A stretch of 64,000 nucleotides of DNA from Elusimicrobiota bacterium (GTDB lineage: Bacteria; Elusimicrobiota; Elusimicrobia; Elusimicrobiales; UBA9959): assembly GCA_037137395.1 (NCBI GenBank), contig JBAXKK010000001.1, positions 64,001 through 128,000 of the forward strand. The letters run 5' to 3'. A model generated the notes under the pieces. That model was not told where the DNA came from, made no database searches, and saw nothing but the letters and a program-made list of their open reading frames with translations. A program made the position numbers and the translations under genes. Shown here piece by piece: positions 29,337 through 39,788 of this stretch (position 1 is its first letter; every line of letters begins with the position of its first letter).

Positions 29337-29560
29337 TCTGCCGGGCCCAGGATGTAAATCGGGCAAAAAGTTGGACTAAACCTTCAATTTTTAATAGTAT
29401 ATACAAGCGGGCGAGTATAGGGATAAGCATCAAGGGTTTCGCCATGGCGCGCTTCTTGATGAATATTGCGGCGCAACACGGCATCCGGGGCCTGTAGTCA
29501 TCAGACAGCCTGACGGCCTTCAGCCTGAACAATCTTGCTAATTACCGCAAAGGACATTTA

Positions 29561-30973
29561 ATGAGTTCGCATCCAAACCAGATAACTTTCGGCACGGACG
29601 GGTTTCGGGGCGTAATTTCACGCGATTTCACTTATGAAGCCGTGCGCAAGATAGCTCAGGGCCTGGCGGATTATATCGCCTATAAGAATATGCGCGTGGC
29701 AGAAAAGCCCAATGTTATTGTCGGCTATGACCGCCGCTTTATGTCAGACCGTTTCGCGGCCGCGGTTGCCGATGTGCTCACCGCAAACGGTATTGTGTGC
29801 GTGGTTTCCGATTCTCCCCTGCCCACGCAGGCGGTAAGCTGGCTCACCGCTTCCAAATTCGGGCTGGGCGTCATGATAACAGCTAGCCATAATAAATATT
29901 TCTATAACGGCGTCAAGATAAAGCAGAACGGCCGTTCTGCCCCGCCCGCTGTCACGGCGGAGCTTGAGAATTACATTTCAAAAGCGGTGCCTATGCGCAA
30001 CGCCGTCGCTCCCGCGCCACGGAAGTCTTTCAAAAAGGACTATGTGGATTATCTTAAGTCCCGGGTGCAGGTGGCCCAGATACTTTCAAAACTATCCGGT
30101 CCCGTGGTCGTGGACTTTATGTACGGCGCGGGGGCAGAGATAGCCGACGAGATCTTTAACTCGAAGAATATTATCAAAATCCGCGCGGCGGCCGATCCGC
30201 TGTTCGGCGGCATCACGCCGGAGCCGGTGGAAAACAATCTGGCCGAACTTATAAACGCGGTAAAGAAAAACAAGGCCGTCATGGGGATTGCCTTGGACGG
30301 CGACGCCGATCGGTTCGCTCTGGTCAGCGATAAGGGCGTCTATATGACCCCCTGCCAGATAGCGCCGATGCTACTTGAGTATCTGCTTAAGCGCAACGGC
30401 TTTAAGGGCAAGGTGGCCCAGACTGTCTCCATGGGCTACCTGACCAAGCGCATCGCCAAGGCGGCGAATCTGCAGTTTGAGGAAACCCCTGTTGGTTTTA
30501 AATACATAGCCGAGAAGATGATCTCCGAGGATGTTTCGTTCGGGTCGGAGGAATCCGGCGGCTACGCCTGGAAAGGCAATATTCCGGAGCGCGACGGCGT
30601 CATTACCGCGCTGATGTTTATGGAAATGACGGTCAAAACCAGGCATACCATTTCTGATATTTATAAGGATGTTGAGGCGCGTTACGGTAAATCCGCTTTC
30701 ATTCGCCGGGACCTGAAGCTGGAAAAGGCCATCCCTAACAAACACTCTTTCGCAGTAAAGCTCAAAAAGAAGCTGCCCAAGACTATCCTGGGCAGGAAAG
30801 TGCTGGACACTAATACCATCGACGGCCTGAAGATCATCCTGGAGGATGACTGCTGGCTGCTCATGCGTCCTTCCGGCACCGAGCCCTTGTTGAGGACTTA
30901 CGCGGAGACCGAATCCCGGGAAAACACGATAAAGTTCCTTGAATTCGCGGCCAAGCTCATGAATCAGAGGTAG
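29561..30973 (+). CDS. Phosphoglucomutase/phosphomannomutase-family phosphohexomutase
   Basis: [24 protein letters not shown] and RPSGTEP. Confidence 0.93.
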   Translation: MSSHPNQITFGTDGFRGVISRDFTYEAVRKIAQGLADYIAYKNMRVAEKPNVIVGYDRRFMSDRFAAAVADVLTANGIVCVVSDSPLPTQAVSWLTASKFGLGVMITASHNKYFYNGVKIKQNGRSAPPAVTAELENYISKAVPMRNAVAPAPRKSFKKDYVDYLKSRVQVAQILSKLSGPVVVDFMYGAGAEIADEIFNSKNIIKIRAAADPLFGGITPEPVENNLAELINAVKKNKAVMGIALDGDADRFALVSDKGVYMTPCQIAPMLLEYLLKRNGFKGKVAQTVSMGYLTKRIAKAANLQFEETPVGFKYIAEKMISEDVSFGSEESGGYAWKGNIPERDGVITALMFMEMTVKTRHTISDIYKDVEARYGKSAFIRRDLKLEKAIPNKHSFAVKLKKKLPKTILGRKVLDTNTIDGLKIILEDDCWLLMRPSGTEPLLRTYAETESRENTIKFLEFAAKLMNQR

Positions 30974-31062
30974 GAAACGGCGGTATCCGGCGGCGCGCCG
31001 GGCCGTGGAAGTGTCGTATCAGGCCGGCTCTGTCAGGCGGCCAAATTAAATGGAGGAAATGT

Positions 31063-32262
31063 ATGAACTTTACAGGCAAAAGATTTGTATCTTCGGAGTC
31101 GGTAACCGAGGGGCATCCCGACAAGGTGTGCGACCAGATTTCGGATGCGGTGCTTGACGAGATCATGAGAAAAGATCCCGCCGGCCGCGTGGCCTGTGAG
31201 ACTTTTATCACGCGCGGCATGGTTATCGTGGGCGGAGAGATCACCACCAAAACCTACGTGGATGTTGACGCGCTGGCGCGCCAGGTTATAAAGGATATAG
31301 GTTACACACACACGAAATATGGCTTCAACTATGAGACGTGCGCGGTGATCAATGTGATCGGCCGCCAGTCACCGGATATAGCGCAGGGAGTGGACACCGG
31401 CGGCGCCGGCGACCAGGGCCTTATGGTTGGATACGCCTCCGACGAGACGCCCGAGCTTATGCCCCTGCCGCTCATGCTCGCTCAGAAGTTGGCCATGAGG
31501 CTCGCCGAGGTCCGCAAAAAATGCATTCTTCCCTACCTCGGCCCCGACGGCAAATCGCAGGTTACAGTTGAATATCACGACGGGAAACCCGCGCGCATAG
31601 AGACCATCGTGATTTCCTCGCAGCATACCGAAGAAATCCTGGATAAATCCGGCCGCCAGATCACCGAGAAATCCAGAAAAGAGATCATAGACGCGGTCAT
31701 CATGCCGGTTATAGACAGGAAGATGATAGATAAGAACACTAAGTTTCTCATCAACCCTACCGGCAAATTTGTGGTGGGCGGCCCTCAGTCTGATACCGGT
31801 GTTACAGGCCGCAAAATAATTGTGGACACTTACGGCGGCGTGGCCCCGCACGGCGGCGGCGCCTTCTCCGGCAAGGATCCGACGAAGGTTGACCGCTCCG
31901 CCGCTTACATGGCGCGCTATGTGGCCAAAAACATCGTAGCGGCCAAGCTGGCCAAAGAGTGTACCGTGCAGGTTGCCTACGCCATAGGCGTGGCCGAGCC
32001 GGTGGGCTTGTATGTGGACACCCACGGCACCGGCGTCCTGGCCGACGAGAAGCTTGCAGCCATAGTGAAGGCGAGCTTTGATTTTACGCCTAAAGGCATA
32101 ATTAAAAATCTTAAGCTCCGCGCTCCTATATTTAGGAAGACCGCGGCTTACGGCCACTTCGGCCGGACCGGCTTCGAATGGGAAAAAACCAACGCGGCGG
32201 ATATGCTCCGGAAAAAAGCGGCGGGGGTTCCCAAGGCTAAATGCGCCTGCTCTTGCTGCTGA
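31063..32262 (+). CDS. metK: S-adenosylmethionine synthetase
   Basis: [17 protein letters not shown] and [16 protein letters not shown]. Confidence 0.98.
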   Translation: MNFTGKRFVSSESVTEGHPDKVCDQISDAVLDEIMRKDPAGRVACETFITRGMVIVGGEITTKTYVDVDALARQVIKDIGYTHTKYGFNYETCAVINVIGRQSPDIAQGVDTGGAGDQGLMVGYASDETPELMPLPLMLAQKLAMRLAEVRKKCILPYLGPDGKSQVTVEYHDGKPARIETIVISSQHTEEILDKSGRQITEKSRKEIIDAVIMPVIDRKMIDKNTKFLINPTGKFVVGGPQSDTGVTGRKIIVDTYGGVAPHGGGAFSGKDPTKVDRSAAYMARYVAKNIVAAKLAKECTVQVAYAIGVAEPVGLYVDTHGTGVLADEKLAAIVKASFDFTPKGIIKNLKLRAPIFRKTAAYGHFGRTGFEWEKTNAADMLRKKAAGVPKAKCACSCC

Positions 32263-32307
32263 ACGGGAAAGGGATTAGGGATTTTTAAGTTAAGGGGGGA
32301 GGATGTT

Positions 32308-32664
32308 ATGAAGGCCTTGATAGTTGAGGATAACGCGCTGATGCGCTACACCATAAAGTCGCTCCTGCTTAAACTGGGGCACGAGGTGGTGGGCGAAGCC
32401 GGGGACGCGGAAAGCGCCATTAACGCTTATACCGCGCTTAAGCCGGAAGTGGTTTTCCTGGACTTAATCCTCCCCGGGAGGTCTGGCGTGGAGATTCTTG
32501 AAGTGCTGCGCGGGCTGGACCCGAAGATCAAGGTTGTTGTTGTAACGGCCATAGAGCAGACTGAGCTGGACCGCAAGCTTTCCAATAAGGGCGTCATGAC
32601 CGTTATACGTAAACCTTTTTCATATGAGGAGTTTAAGGAAGCCCTAAGCCATATAGTTCCGTGA
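32308..32664 (+). CDS. Single-domain CheY-like response regulator
   Basis: IVED, FLD57, VT and KPF. Confidence 0.9.
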   Translation: MKALIVEDNALMRYTIKSLLLKLGHEVVGEAGDAESAINAYTALKPEVVFLDLILPGRSGVEILEVLRGLDPKIKVVVVTAIEQTELDRKLSNKGVMTVIRKPFSYEEFKEALSHIVP

Positions 32665-33281
32665 TTAAAACTATGAGCGACAATGTGAATGAAATGCTCG
32701 GCCGCATAGCGGTGGCAAGCCTTCAGAAATGCGTGGGAAAACTTTCAAGAGTTTCGGCGGGAGTATGGAGTATCGCCGGAGCGGAGGTTTCCACCGGAAC
32801 CCTGGAGGAAACCATAAACCACCGGGGTCCGCAAGACGCGGAGGCTACGGCCGTTTATTTCGAAGTGAAGGGCGACCTGCCGTTCGTCGCTGTCATACTG
32901 TTCGACCCGCGCGATATAGACCGCATTTCCAAGTGCTTCCTGGGCTACTCTTTTTCCGTGTCCCCGGTCCTGACCCAGGCGGGGGAAATGCTCCTTTCCG
33001 AGCTGGGCAATATAATCCTTAATTCCTTTATTAGCGCGCTTTCCAACACTCTGAAGCGGGTATTCATGCCGTCCGCGCCTGAGTGTCTCAGCGGCCAGCC
33101 GCAAAGCCTGCTGGAGTCCATGAGCACGGCCGTTGATATCAGGCGAAGCTGCTACATCGTAAGGGTAAAGTTGGATTTGAAATGCGGAGAGAGCGTTACT
33201 CGTAGCGAGGTTTTGGGCCTGATACCGGAGAAGCTGGCGCAGGAACTTTTGGCGACTGAAGAAAAGGATAAACACCTATGA
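32661..33281 (+). CDS. CheC/CheX-family phosphatase-like protein
   Basis: LSELGNIILNSFISALSN ... PSAP; overlaps the stop of the CheY-like gene. Confidence 0.75.
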   Translation: MIKTMSDNVNEMLGRIAVASLQKCVGKLSRVSAGVWSIAGAEVSTGTLEETINHRGPQDAEATAVYFEVKGDLPFVAVILFDPRDIDRISKCFLGYSFSVSPVLTQAGEMLLSELGNIILNSFISALSNTLKRVFMPSAPECLSGQPQSLLESMSTAVDIRRSCYIVRVKLDLKCGESVTRSEVLGLIPEKLAQELLATEEKDKHL

Positions 33282-33817
33282 CCAGAAATTACGGATTTGC
33301 CGCTATCTTGCTGATTGCCGCGACCGTTCCGTTTTTCAGCGCGCCGCTCCAGGCCCAGGTCCGGATAAATAAGATAGACTGGCAGGTCTCGCGCGTAGAG
33401 GGAAAAGCTAAACTGCCCTTTGAGCCTATACTGGACCTGAAACTTGAGCCGTACCAGAAATACCTGAACAAATTCCGCGCCTTAGTCAATATCCAGAATT
33501 CTTCCGCCAAGCCGGTAGAGGGACTAGTGCTCAGGTGCGCTTTAAGTCTGCACATTGTGAAGGTTGCCGACGCTGCTGACGTAGGTTTCTGGGCTGTTCC
33601 GTTCCATGTTGAAGAACTTCGCGTGTCCCGGATCCGGGCTGGCGGAGTATATGACGCAAAGATTATACATTTCGTGCTCAATGAACAGCTTAAGAAACTA
33701 AAGAACACCGGTTTTTGGGTGGACGCGCTTAAACTTCAGGTTATGTTGGACCCCAGGCTGGCGGATGAGCCCGCCAGTATAATGAAAGAAGCCGTAATAA
33801 ATATCAAGAAACCGTAA
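33278..33817 (+). CDS. Hypothetical exported protein
   Basis: Signal peptide; ATGA overlap with the upstream stop. Confidence 0.7.
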   Translation: MTRNYGFAAILLIAATVPFFSAPLQAQVRINKIDWQVSRVEGKAKLPFEPILDLKLEPYQKYLNKFRALVNIQNSSAKPVEGLVLRCALSLHIVKVADAADVGFWAVPFHVEELRVSRIRAGGVYDAKIIHFVLNEQLKKLKNTGFWVDALKLQVMLDPRLADEPASIMKEAVINIKKP

Positions 33818-33819
33818 TA

Positions 33820-33892
33820 GAGGATTGGAGGATTGGAAGACTAGAGGATTAGCTTTCGGAATACGGGAAGTTCCTTTAGCGGCCAATCCTCC
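33820..33892. repeat. Inverted octamer-repeat element (GAGGATTG / CAATCCTC)
   Basis: GAGGATTG GAGGATTG GAAGACTA GAGGATTA ... CCAATCCTCC. Confidence 0.65.
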
Positions 33893-33907
33893 GATCATTT
33901 ATCTCAT

Positions 33908-35194
33908 ATGCTTGACATCAAATTCATACGTTTAAACCAGGAAAAAGCCAGGGCCGGCCTCGGCGCCCGCGGTGGGCGTTACCTTCCGGCTTTGGAAAAA
34001 GTTATAGAGACGGATGGGGCCTACCGCGACATCCTGACCGAAACTGAAGCTCTGCGCTCCGGGCGCAATGAGGTTTCCAAAAAAATACAGGAATTTAAAA
34101 TAGCCAAAAAAGAGGCCGAAGCCGCCGCGGTAATGGCCGAGGCTAATGCCATAAAAGAAGCCATCAAGTCCAAGGAAGAGCGCTTAGCCGCGCTTGAGCG
34201 CGAACTGAACGATCTTCTTTTGGGTATCCCCAACCTGCCGGCCGAGAAAGTTCCGCAGGGCGGCGGACCCCAGGATAATAAAGTGGCATATGAAGATTTA
34301 AGCGGCAAGCGCGAGTTCACTTTTAAGCCGCTGGATCACCATGCCGTAGGCGAGGGTCTGGGGATACTGGATTTTGTCGCGGCTACCAAGCTTTCCGGTT
34401 CGCGCTTCGCGCTTCTAAAAGGTCTCGGCGCGCGCCTCGAAAGGGCTATAACACAGCTGATGTTGGACACGCACACGCTTGAACACGGGTATATCGAAAT
34501 ATTCCCTCCTTTTCTCGTCAACGCGGAGAGCATGACCGGAACCGGGCAGCTCCCGAAGTTTGAGGAAGACCTTTATAAAATAGCCGCCGAGCCGCCGCTT
34601 TATCTTATCCCCACGGCTGAAGTCCCGCTCACCAATCTGTGCCGGGGCGAGATTCTGAAGGAAGAGTCTCTGCCGCAGAAATTCACCGCAAGCACAGCCT
34701 GTTTCCGCCAGGAGGCCGGTTCTTACGGCAAGGACACGCGCGGGCTTATCCGCAACCACCAATTTAATAAAGTGGAGCTGGTCTGGATAACCAGACCTGA
34801 AGATTCCATGGAGGCCCTTTTAAAATTGCGTTCCGACGCCGAGAAGATCCTTCAGCTGCTCAAGATACCTTACAGGGTGCTTGAGCTTTGCACCGGCGAT
34901 CTCGGGTTTGGTTCAGCCATCACCTACGACCTTGAAGTCTGGATGCCTGGCGAAAATAAGTTCAGGGAAATCTCGTCGTGCTCCAACTGCACGGATTTTC
35001 AGGCCCGCCGCATGAACGCCAGATTTAAGCGCACGGATGGGAAAAAGACCGAGTTCGTCCATACGCTGAACGGCTCCGGGTTAGCGGTTGGCCGCACTTT
35101 CGCGGCTATACTGGAAAACTATCAGGAGGAGGACGGCTCCGTGACTGTGCCCCAGGTTCTCAGAAAATATATGGGCGTGGATAAGATAGGGTGA
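33908..35194 (+). CDS. serS: Serine--tRNA ligase
   Basis: [33 protein letters not shown] and [11 protein letters not shown]. Confidence 0.98.
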   Translation: MLDIKFIRLNQEKARAGLGARGGRYLPALEKVIETDGAYRDILTETEALRSGRNEVSKKIQEFKIAKKEAEAAAVMAEANAIKEAIKSKEERLAALERELNDLLLGIPNLPAEKVPQGGGPQDNKVAYEDLSGKREFTFKPLDHHAVGEGLGILDFVAATKLSGSRFALLKGLGARLERAITQLMLDTHTLEHGYIEIFPPFLVNAESMTGTGQLPKFEEDLYKIAAEPPLYLIPTAEVPLTNLCRGEILKEESLPQKFTASTACFRQEAGSYGKDTRGLIRNHQFNKVELVWITRPEDSMEALLKLRSDAEKILQLLKIPYRVLELCTGDLGFGSAITYDLEVWMPGENKFREISSCSNCTDFQARRMNARFKRTDGKKTEFVHTLNGSGLAVGRTFAAILENYQEEDGSVTVPQVLRKYMGVDKIG

Positions 35195-35213
35195 AGCTTT
35201 TGCCTGTAACTTT

Positions 35214-36410
35214 ATGAAAAAAATTATAGCCTTTGCTATTTTTTCTTTTTTAACCGCGAATCTGCAGGCTGCCGCGGTAAAATCCGAGGCCCTTCCCGAA
35301 GAACTCCGGTTATTGTCCAAAAGCGGCATAGATTCCATCTACGCCGTGGACCTGCCCGAGGCTAAAAAAAATTTCGATCTGGCGGTGCTGAAATATCCGG
35401 ATCATCCCTTTCCTCATTTCGGTATAGCTATGACCAAGTGGGCGGAGCTGGAATATCTGGAAGACGAATCAAACCCTAAGCTCTCGCAGGAATACGGGGC
35501 GCTGACCGACGATGCCATAAAGATCGCGCTGGCCTGGATAAAAAAACATCCCAACGACGCCAACGCGTACATGTGTCTGGGCGGGATGTACGGCCTGCGG
35601 GCGCGGCTGGCCGTTATGCAGCACCGCTGGATAAAAGCCTATTTTGACGGCAAGAAAGCCATCTCAAACACCCGCAAATCCCTGAAGGTGGATCCGGAAA
35701 TATATGACGCCTATCTGGGCCTGGGGATGTACGAATATTACGCCGGAACCTTGCCGGGCGTGATAAAAATACTGGCCAAGCTTTTCCTGAGCGGAGACGC
35801 CGAGCAGGGAGTGGAATACCTTAAGCTTTGTAAGGAAAAGGGCTATTTTAATTCTCTGGCCGCGGAACTTCTGCTAATAGAAGTTTTCACGGAGCCCGGT
35901 AACCAGTTCAAGGATCCAAAGACCGCGGTCAAGTGGTCCACGGAGCTCCGCAAGCTTTACCCGCTCCATCCCCAGATGCATTTTGTGCAGATAGTGTCGT
36001 TATTTGAAGACAAGCAATACGAGGTGACCCGCACGGAGGCGCTGGAATATCTAAAGCGTATAGAGACCGGCGTGCCGGCTTACCGGAAGAATTACCTGCC
36101 CCGCATTCTCACGGCCATAGGGGCTACCTATCTGGTGGAGAAGAATTACGGCGAGGCTTTGATATATTTTCAGAAAGCCGCCGCCACGCTCAAGGAAGAC
36201 CCTAAAGCCCACCCCGCGCGCTGGGCCGTCTGGGCGCTGGTCAGGGTCGGAAACACTTTAGACCTTAAGGGCGACCGGGCGAAGGCTGTAGAGCTTTACA
36301 AAGAGGCCCGAACCTATAAGGACGAATGGGGCTTCTATGAGGCCATAGACGCCTATCTTAAGAAACCATTCAGCGAACTGGCGCTGCCAGGTCCGCTACC
36401 CCCGCCGTAG
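35214..36410 (+). CDS. Exported TPR-repeat protein
   Basis: Signal peptide; TPR-like helices (DANAYMCLG, DAYLGLG). Confidence 0.75.
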   Translation: MKKIIAFAIFSFLTANLQAAAVKSEALPEELRLLSKSGIDSIYAVDLPEAKKNFDLAVLKYPDHPFPHFGIAMTKWAELEYLEDESNPKLSQEYGALTDDAIKIALAWIKKHPNDANAYMCLGGMYGLRARLAVMQHRWIKAYFDGKKAISNTRKSLKVDPEIYDAYLGLGMYEYYAGTLPGVIKILAKLFLSGDAEQGVEYLKLCKEKGYFNSLAAELLLIEVFTEPGNQFKDPKTAVKWSTELRKLYPLHPQMHFVQIVSLFEDKQYEVTRTEALEYLKRIETGVPAYRKNYLPRILTAIGATYLVEKNYGEALIYFQKAAATLKEDPKAHPARWAVWALVRVGNTLDLKGDRAKAVELYKEARTYKDEWGFYEAIDAYLKKPFSELALPGPLPPP

Positions 36411-36417
36411 AAGGGGC

Positions 36418-36505
36418 CGTAAAGCGGAAAGCGTAAAGAGTAAAGTGTAAATCGGAAAACGTAATATTGGTGTTACTCTTTCCGCTTTACGCTTCCCGCT
36501 TCACG
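36418..36505. repeat. Inverted heptamer-repeat element (CGTAAAG / CTTTACG)
   Basis: CGTAAAG CGGAAAG CGTAAAG AGTAAAG TGTAAAT ... CTTTCCG CTTTACG CTTCCCG CTTCACG; same family as 4825-4918. Confidence 0.85.
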
Positions 36506-36525
36506 AGCTTTATCACGCTGCCTTT

Positions 36526-36954
36526 ATGGATTCATCAACTATAACATTTCTTATTTTAGCCATTCTGTCCTGGGGGGCCGGCGCTTTTTTTGACAAAATG
36601 ACGCTCAAATACATTGCCCCGGCCTCGGCTTTTTATCTCAGGACCCTCTTCATGCTGGTCTTGTTCATCCCTTTCCTGCTTTGGAAATTTATACCCACCA
36701 GGGATGCTCTTTTAGGTTCGCATAAACTGGCGTCTGCCTTCATCCTCTCCAGCGTGATAGTCACAATGGCCGGGGTGTTTTTCTATCTCCGCGCCATGTC
36801 CTCGGGCGAGGCGTCAAGGATCGTTCCTTTGAGTTCCACTTATCCATTCGTAACTTTTGTTCTGGTATACCTCTTTCTGGGAGAGACCTTTACCGCCAGC
36901 AAGTTCTTAGGCACGGCCCTAATCTCCTGCGGAATATATTTCATCTCAAAATAG
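36526..36954 (+). CDS. EamA-family (single-domain DMT) transporter
   Basis: Five TM segments; GEASRIVPLSSTYP and FLGE. Confidence 0.85.
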   Translation: MDSSTITFLILAILSWGAGAFFDKMTLKYIAPASAFYLRTLFMLVLFIPFLLWKFIPTRDALLGSHKLASAFILSSVIVTMAGVFFYLRAMSSGEASRIVPLSSTYPFVTFVLVYLFLGETFTASKFLGTALISCGIYFISK

Positions 36955-36974
36955 CGTGGCATGGCCGCGCTATT

Positions 36975-37088
36975 GCCATAAGCCATACGCCTTAGGCCAT
37001 ATGCAGAAACATTTATAAAGCCTATAGCCTAGGGCCTAAAGCTTATGGCAGTCTTTCTGCGTATAGCTTACGGCATATGGCGTATGGC
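36975..37088. repeat. Heptamer-repeat element (GCCATAN type)
   Basis: GCCATAA GCCATAC GCCTTAG GCCATAT, spacer, AGCCTAT AGCCTAG GGCCTAA AGCTTATGGC ... ATATGGC GTATGGC. Confidence 0.85.
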
Positions 37089-37097
37089 AACAGATTT

Positions 37098-37454
37098 ATG
37101 ACCTCTGAAGAATTCTCAAAACTGGCGGATAAGGCCGTGAGGGGCCTGCCGAAGTTTTTTAAAAACAAAATGCAAAATGTTGTTGTGGTGGTAGCCGGCT
37201 CGCCGGACCGGGCGCAGGAGCGCAGGTTCGGCCGCGGCTTGCTTGGGCTGTACGAGGGCGTTCCGCTCCTGGATAGGGGGACTTATTACAGCGGGGCCAT
37301 GCCCGACAAAATAACTATTTTTCAGAAGAATATTGAGGCGCACTGCCCGGATCCGAAAGAGCTGGAGGGTGAAGTGCGGCACGTGGTGATGCATGAGATA
37401 GCCCACCATTTCGGCATGACCGACGAAGAATTAAAGGCGAAAGGTTTATACTAA
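37098..37454 (+). CDS. Minimal zincin metallopeptidase-family protein (Zincin_1)
   Basis: LLGLYEGVP, PDKITIF and HEIAHHFG. Start ATG 37098; the upstream ATG comes from the repeat. Confidence 0.88.
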   Translation: MTSEEFSKLADKAVRGLPKFFKNKMQNVVVVVAGSPDRAQERRFGRGLLGLYEGVPLLDRGTYYSGAMPDKITIFQKNIEAHCPDPKELEGEVRHVVMHEIAHHFGMTDEELKAKGLY

Positions 37455-37507
37455 CTTGGTTAACTCCAGATATAGAATCCGCGTCGCTTATTTATACAAC
37501 AAATACG

Positions 37508-37713
37508 GCTATCCCAAGAAAACAATAAGGCGACGGCGGGTTGGCAGGGGTCCTGCCAGCCATGGGACCCATCGGGCCTGCGGCCGGCCCGGCGACTTCG
37601 CGCCGGTTCCTCCTCGGCCCGATTCAACCCATGTCTGTCACCCCCTTAGCCCCCGCCGTACTTAAAATCGTCAAGGGAGACGTGTTTTTGTAATTATGGA
37701 TTTGTGGGATAGC
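37508..37713. mobile_element. Second MITE-like element with a long internal hairpin
   Basis: Ends GCTATCCCAAGAAAACAATAA / TTATGGATTTGTGGGATAGC (9 bp perfect plus a degenerate extension); internal nested stems at 37533-37659. Confidence 0.5.
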
Positions 37714-37832
37714 ATCGTGGCAACATCGTTTTACTGTAAGGATGGATTGACCAGCAGATTGGTTAATCGTGCTTTATCTAAATTAAGGGTGGTATGTTAT
37801 TTGTTGTAACGCGAAGGCGAAGCCCAATTAGA

Positions 37833-38068
37833 CAGCGCGGATGACGGGGAACCGGATAGCGAAACCGTACCGGAGTGGACTGGGCTACCAGAGGTTTGCT
37901 ACGGACACTGTTTTCGCTCGGCGCTTGCGTAAGCGCGCCGAGCGAGTGGAGCCTTGCGACACTGGGCCCGATCCGGAAGTGTGCCCCGACGCATGCAGTG
38001 TCCGATAGCCAAGCAAACTGCGGCAAAGTCCACCCTGATTTCGCGTTCCGGTTTTCCGGCAGCCTCTA
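37833..38068 (-). repeat. Structured non-coding repeat, copy B
   Basis: The reverse complement is near-identical to 13229-13353 over about 125 nt and shares the outer stems. Confidence 0.8.
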
Positions 38069-38243
38069 CGCCAAATTATTGACTGACTAAACTTGGATAA
38101 CCAAGAACCGCAAGGCCTACTCCGGCCTAGGTCTTTTAAGTATGAATATTTACCCTTAAGACCCTTATTGAAATTTGCAAAATAAAATAACATATAAGTA
38201 GCGGCTTTTGAAAATGCCGCCGGGTATAATCAGGAGGAAATGC

Positions 38244-38831
38244 ATGAAGCTATTTTTTAAAGCAGTGGCGGTTGTTCTTATGGCGCTTAGCGGCGGCGTT
38301 CTTAATTCCAATGCAGGCGATATGGAAGCGGCTAGAGAGCTGTCTTTTTCCAAGCCAACCGTTAACTCCGATGTTTCCATCCCGGCGGTCAGTGAACCCG
38401 CGGTGACTGATGAAGAGCCGGGAGAGGGGGAAGTTGCCAGGCAAAACAACACGGGAAAACTTCTGCCCGACGCCTTATATTGTAAAAAGGTGCGGTGTTA
38501 CGATATAATGCCGCCGGTCAACGACTCCAGCTGGTGCCAGGACGATACTCTTAAATCCGTAACGCTAACATCTCTCAATAAAATGCCTTTGTATCTGAGC
38601 GGCGATAAGCCGGTGTCCGGGGCAATTCATCTTGATGAGGCGAAAAATATTATTATCGATTTTGCTCCTCCGGGGGATCAGTATTCTTTTTTCACCTTCC
38701 CCTCCGCCGGTCTTGAAGAGCTTTATTTGGGAAGCCAGACCGAGGTTAAAGGGACGTACACCGACGCCTTTGACTGGGATGGGTATCACGAGCGCTTTAA
38801 AGTTGATTTTACCTGCCGCAAAAGCCTGTAA
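38244..38831 (+). CDS. Hypothetical secreted protein
   Basis: AGGAGG RBS before ATG 38244; signal peptide; four Cys. Confidence 0.75.
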   Translation: MKLFFKAVAVVLMALSGGVLNSNAGDMEAARELSFSKPTVNSDVSIPAVSEPAVTDEEPGEGEVARQNNTGKLLPDALYCKKVRCYDIMPPVNDSSWCQDDTLKSVTLTSLNKMPLYLSGDKPVSGAIHLDEAKNIIIDFAPPGDQYSFFTFPSAGLEELYLGSQTEVKGTYTDAFDWDGYHERFKVDFTCRKSL

Positions 38832-38852
38832 GCAGCTCTGAATAAAATGTAT

Positions 38853-38885
38853 AAAAGGCCCGCCGAAAGGCGGGCCTTTTGTTTT
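38853..38885. terminator. Bidirectional intrinsic terminator
   Basis: AAAAGGCCCGCC-GAAA-GGCGGGCCTTTT between convergent genes. Confidence 0.9.
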
Positions 38886-38902
38886 GAAAGGTGTGAAGGG
38901 AA

Positions 38903-39775
38903 CTATTTGCTTTTGGGTGATTCAGGCTGTTCTCCGCTCTTGGGGAGATTGCGGATCTTGACGCCGGCGGCGGTTATGTGGATCTCTTTCCCGCTTCCTG
39001 TCACGCGTATTTCGCCGTTGTCTATTTTTACTTTTCTCGGGCCGTTTCTGCCCTCATCTTCTATATCCACATTCCCCATAAGCCCGAATTTGCGCATAAT
39101 TTTAAGAATCCAGCCTGAAAACCACTGATGGCGCTGAAAAATTTCTTCTTCGCCTGGTTTTGCTTCTGGCTTTGGCGCGGCGCCAGCTTCCTGCGCCGGC
39201 TCTTGTCCGGATTTTTCTCCAGCGAAACCCGTGTCGGCCGGGCTTTGGGGGCTCACCGGATCTTCTCTGAGGACTTTGTAAACTTTAATTTTATCGGATA
39301 TGCCCTTGAACTGCCTGTAGCCTATCTCGCTTGAGGGGACCTCGTTCTTATTCATGGACAGATAAATAGATTCGGTGAAGAAAACCTCGCCCGCCTCCGC
39401 TATGCCTTCTATTCTTGAGGTGATATTCACGGCGTCGCCAAAAATATCTCCGTCCTCCGCGATGGACACCTCGCCGGCGTTTATGGCTATGCGGATGTCT
39501 ATGCGGTCATCCTGCGGCCTGTCCTTGTTGAAGGCGAGTAGCGCTTCCTGGATTGAAGTCCCGCAGAGCACGGCGTCCGTTGAGCTTTCAAAAGTGACCA
39601 GGAAGGCGTCGCCTATGGTTTTGACGACATGGCCGTGGTATTTCTCTATGGCCGGCAGGACCAGCTCATTGTGTTTTGTCAGAAGCTCTTTTATCTGGGC
39701 GCGCGATTTCCTTGAGGTTTGATCCGTGAACCCTTTTATATCCGTCAGCATTACGGCTAGATTTCTGGCTTTCAT
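38903..39775 (-). CDS. Class III adenylate/guanylate cyclase domain protein
   Basis: LTDIKGFT, KTIGDAF, RIAINAGEV and DIFGDAVNITSR (K/D specificity residues suggest an adenylate cyclase); start ATG 39775. Confidence 0.9.
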   Translation of the reverse strand: MKARNLAVMLTDIKGFTDQTSRKSRAQIKELLTKHNELVLPAIEKYHGHVVKTIGDAFLVTFESSTDAVLCGTSIQEALLAFNKDRPQDDRIDIRIAINAGEVSIAEDGDIFGDAVNITSRIEGIAEAGEVFFTESIYLSMNKNEVPSSEIGYRQFKGISDKIKVYKVLREDPVSPQSPADTGFAGEKSGQEPAQEAGAAPKPEAKPGEEEIFQRHQWFSGWILKIMRKFGLMGNVDIEDEGRNGPRKVKIDNGEIRVTGSGKEIHITAAGVKIRNLPKSGEQPESPKSK

Positions 39776-39788
39776 ATAGTCGCTCCAT

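Noticed and set aside
30974..31062. SAM riboswitch upstream of metK
   Set aside because: The gap is only about 90 nt and no SAM-I/II/SAH core motif is recognisable.
31369..32157. Long antisense ORFs over metK, korAB and the 57789 gene (e.g. 31369-32157, 46595-47365, 57805-58497)
   Set aside because: These are typical codon-bias shadows of well-supported genes on the opposite strand.
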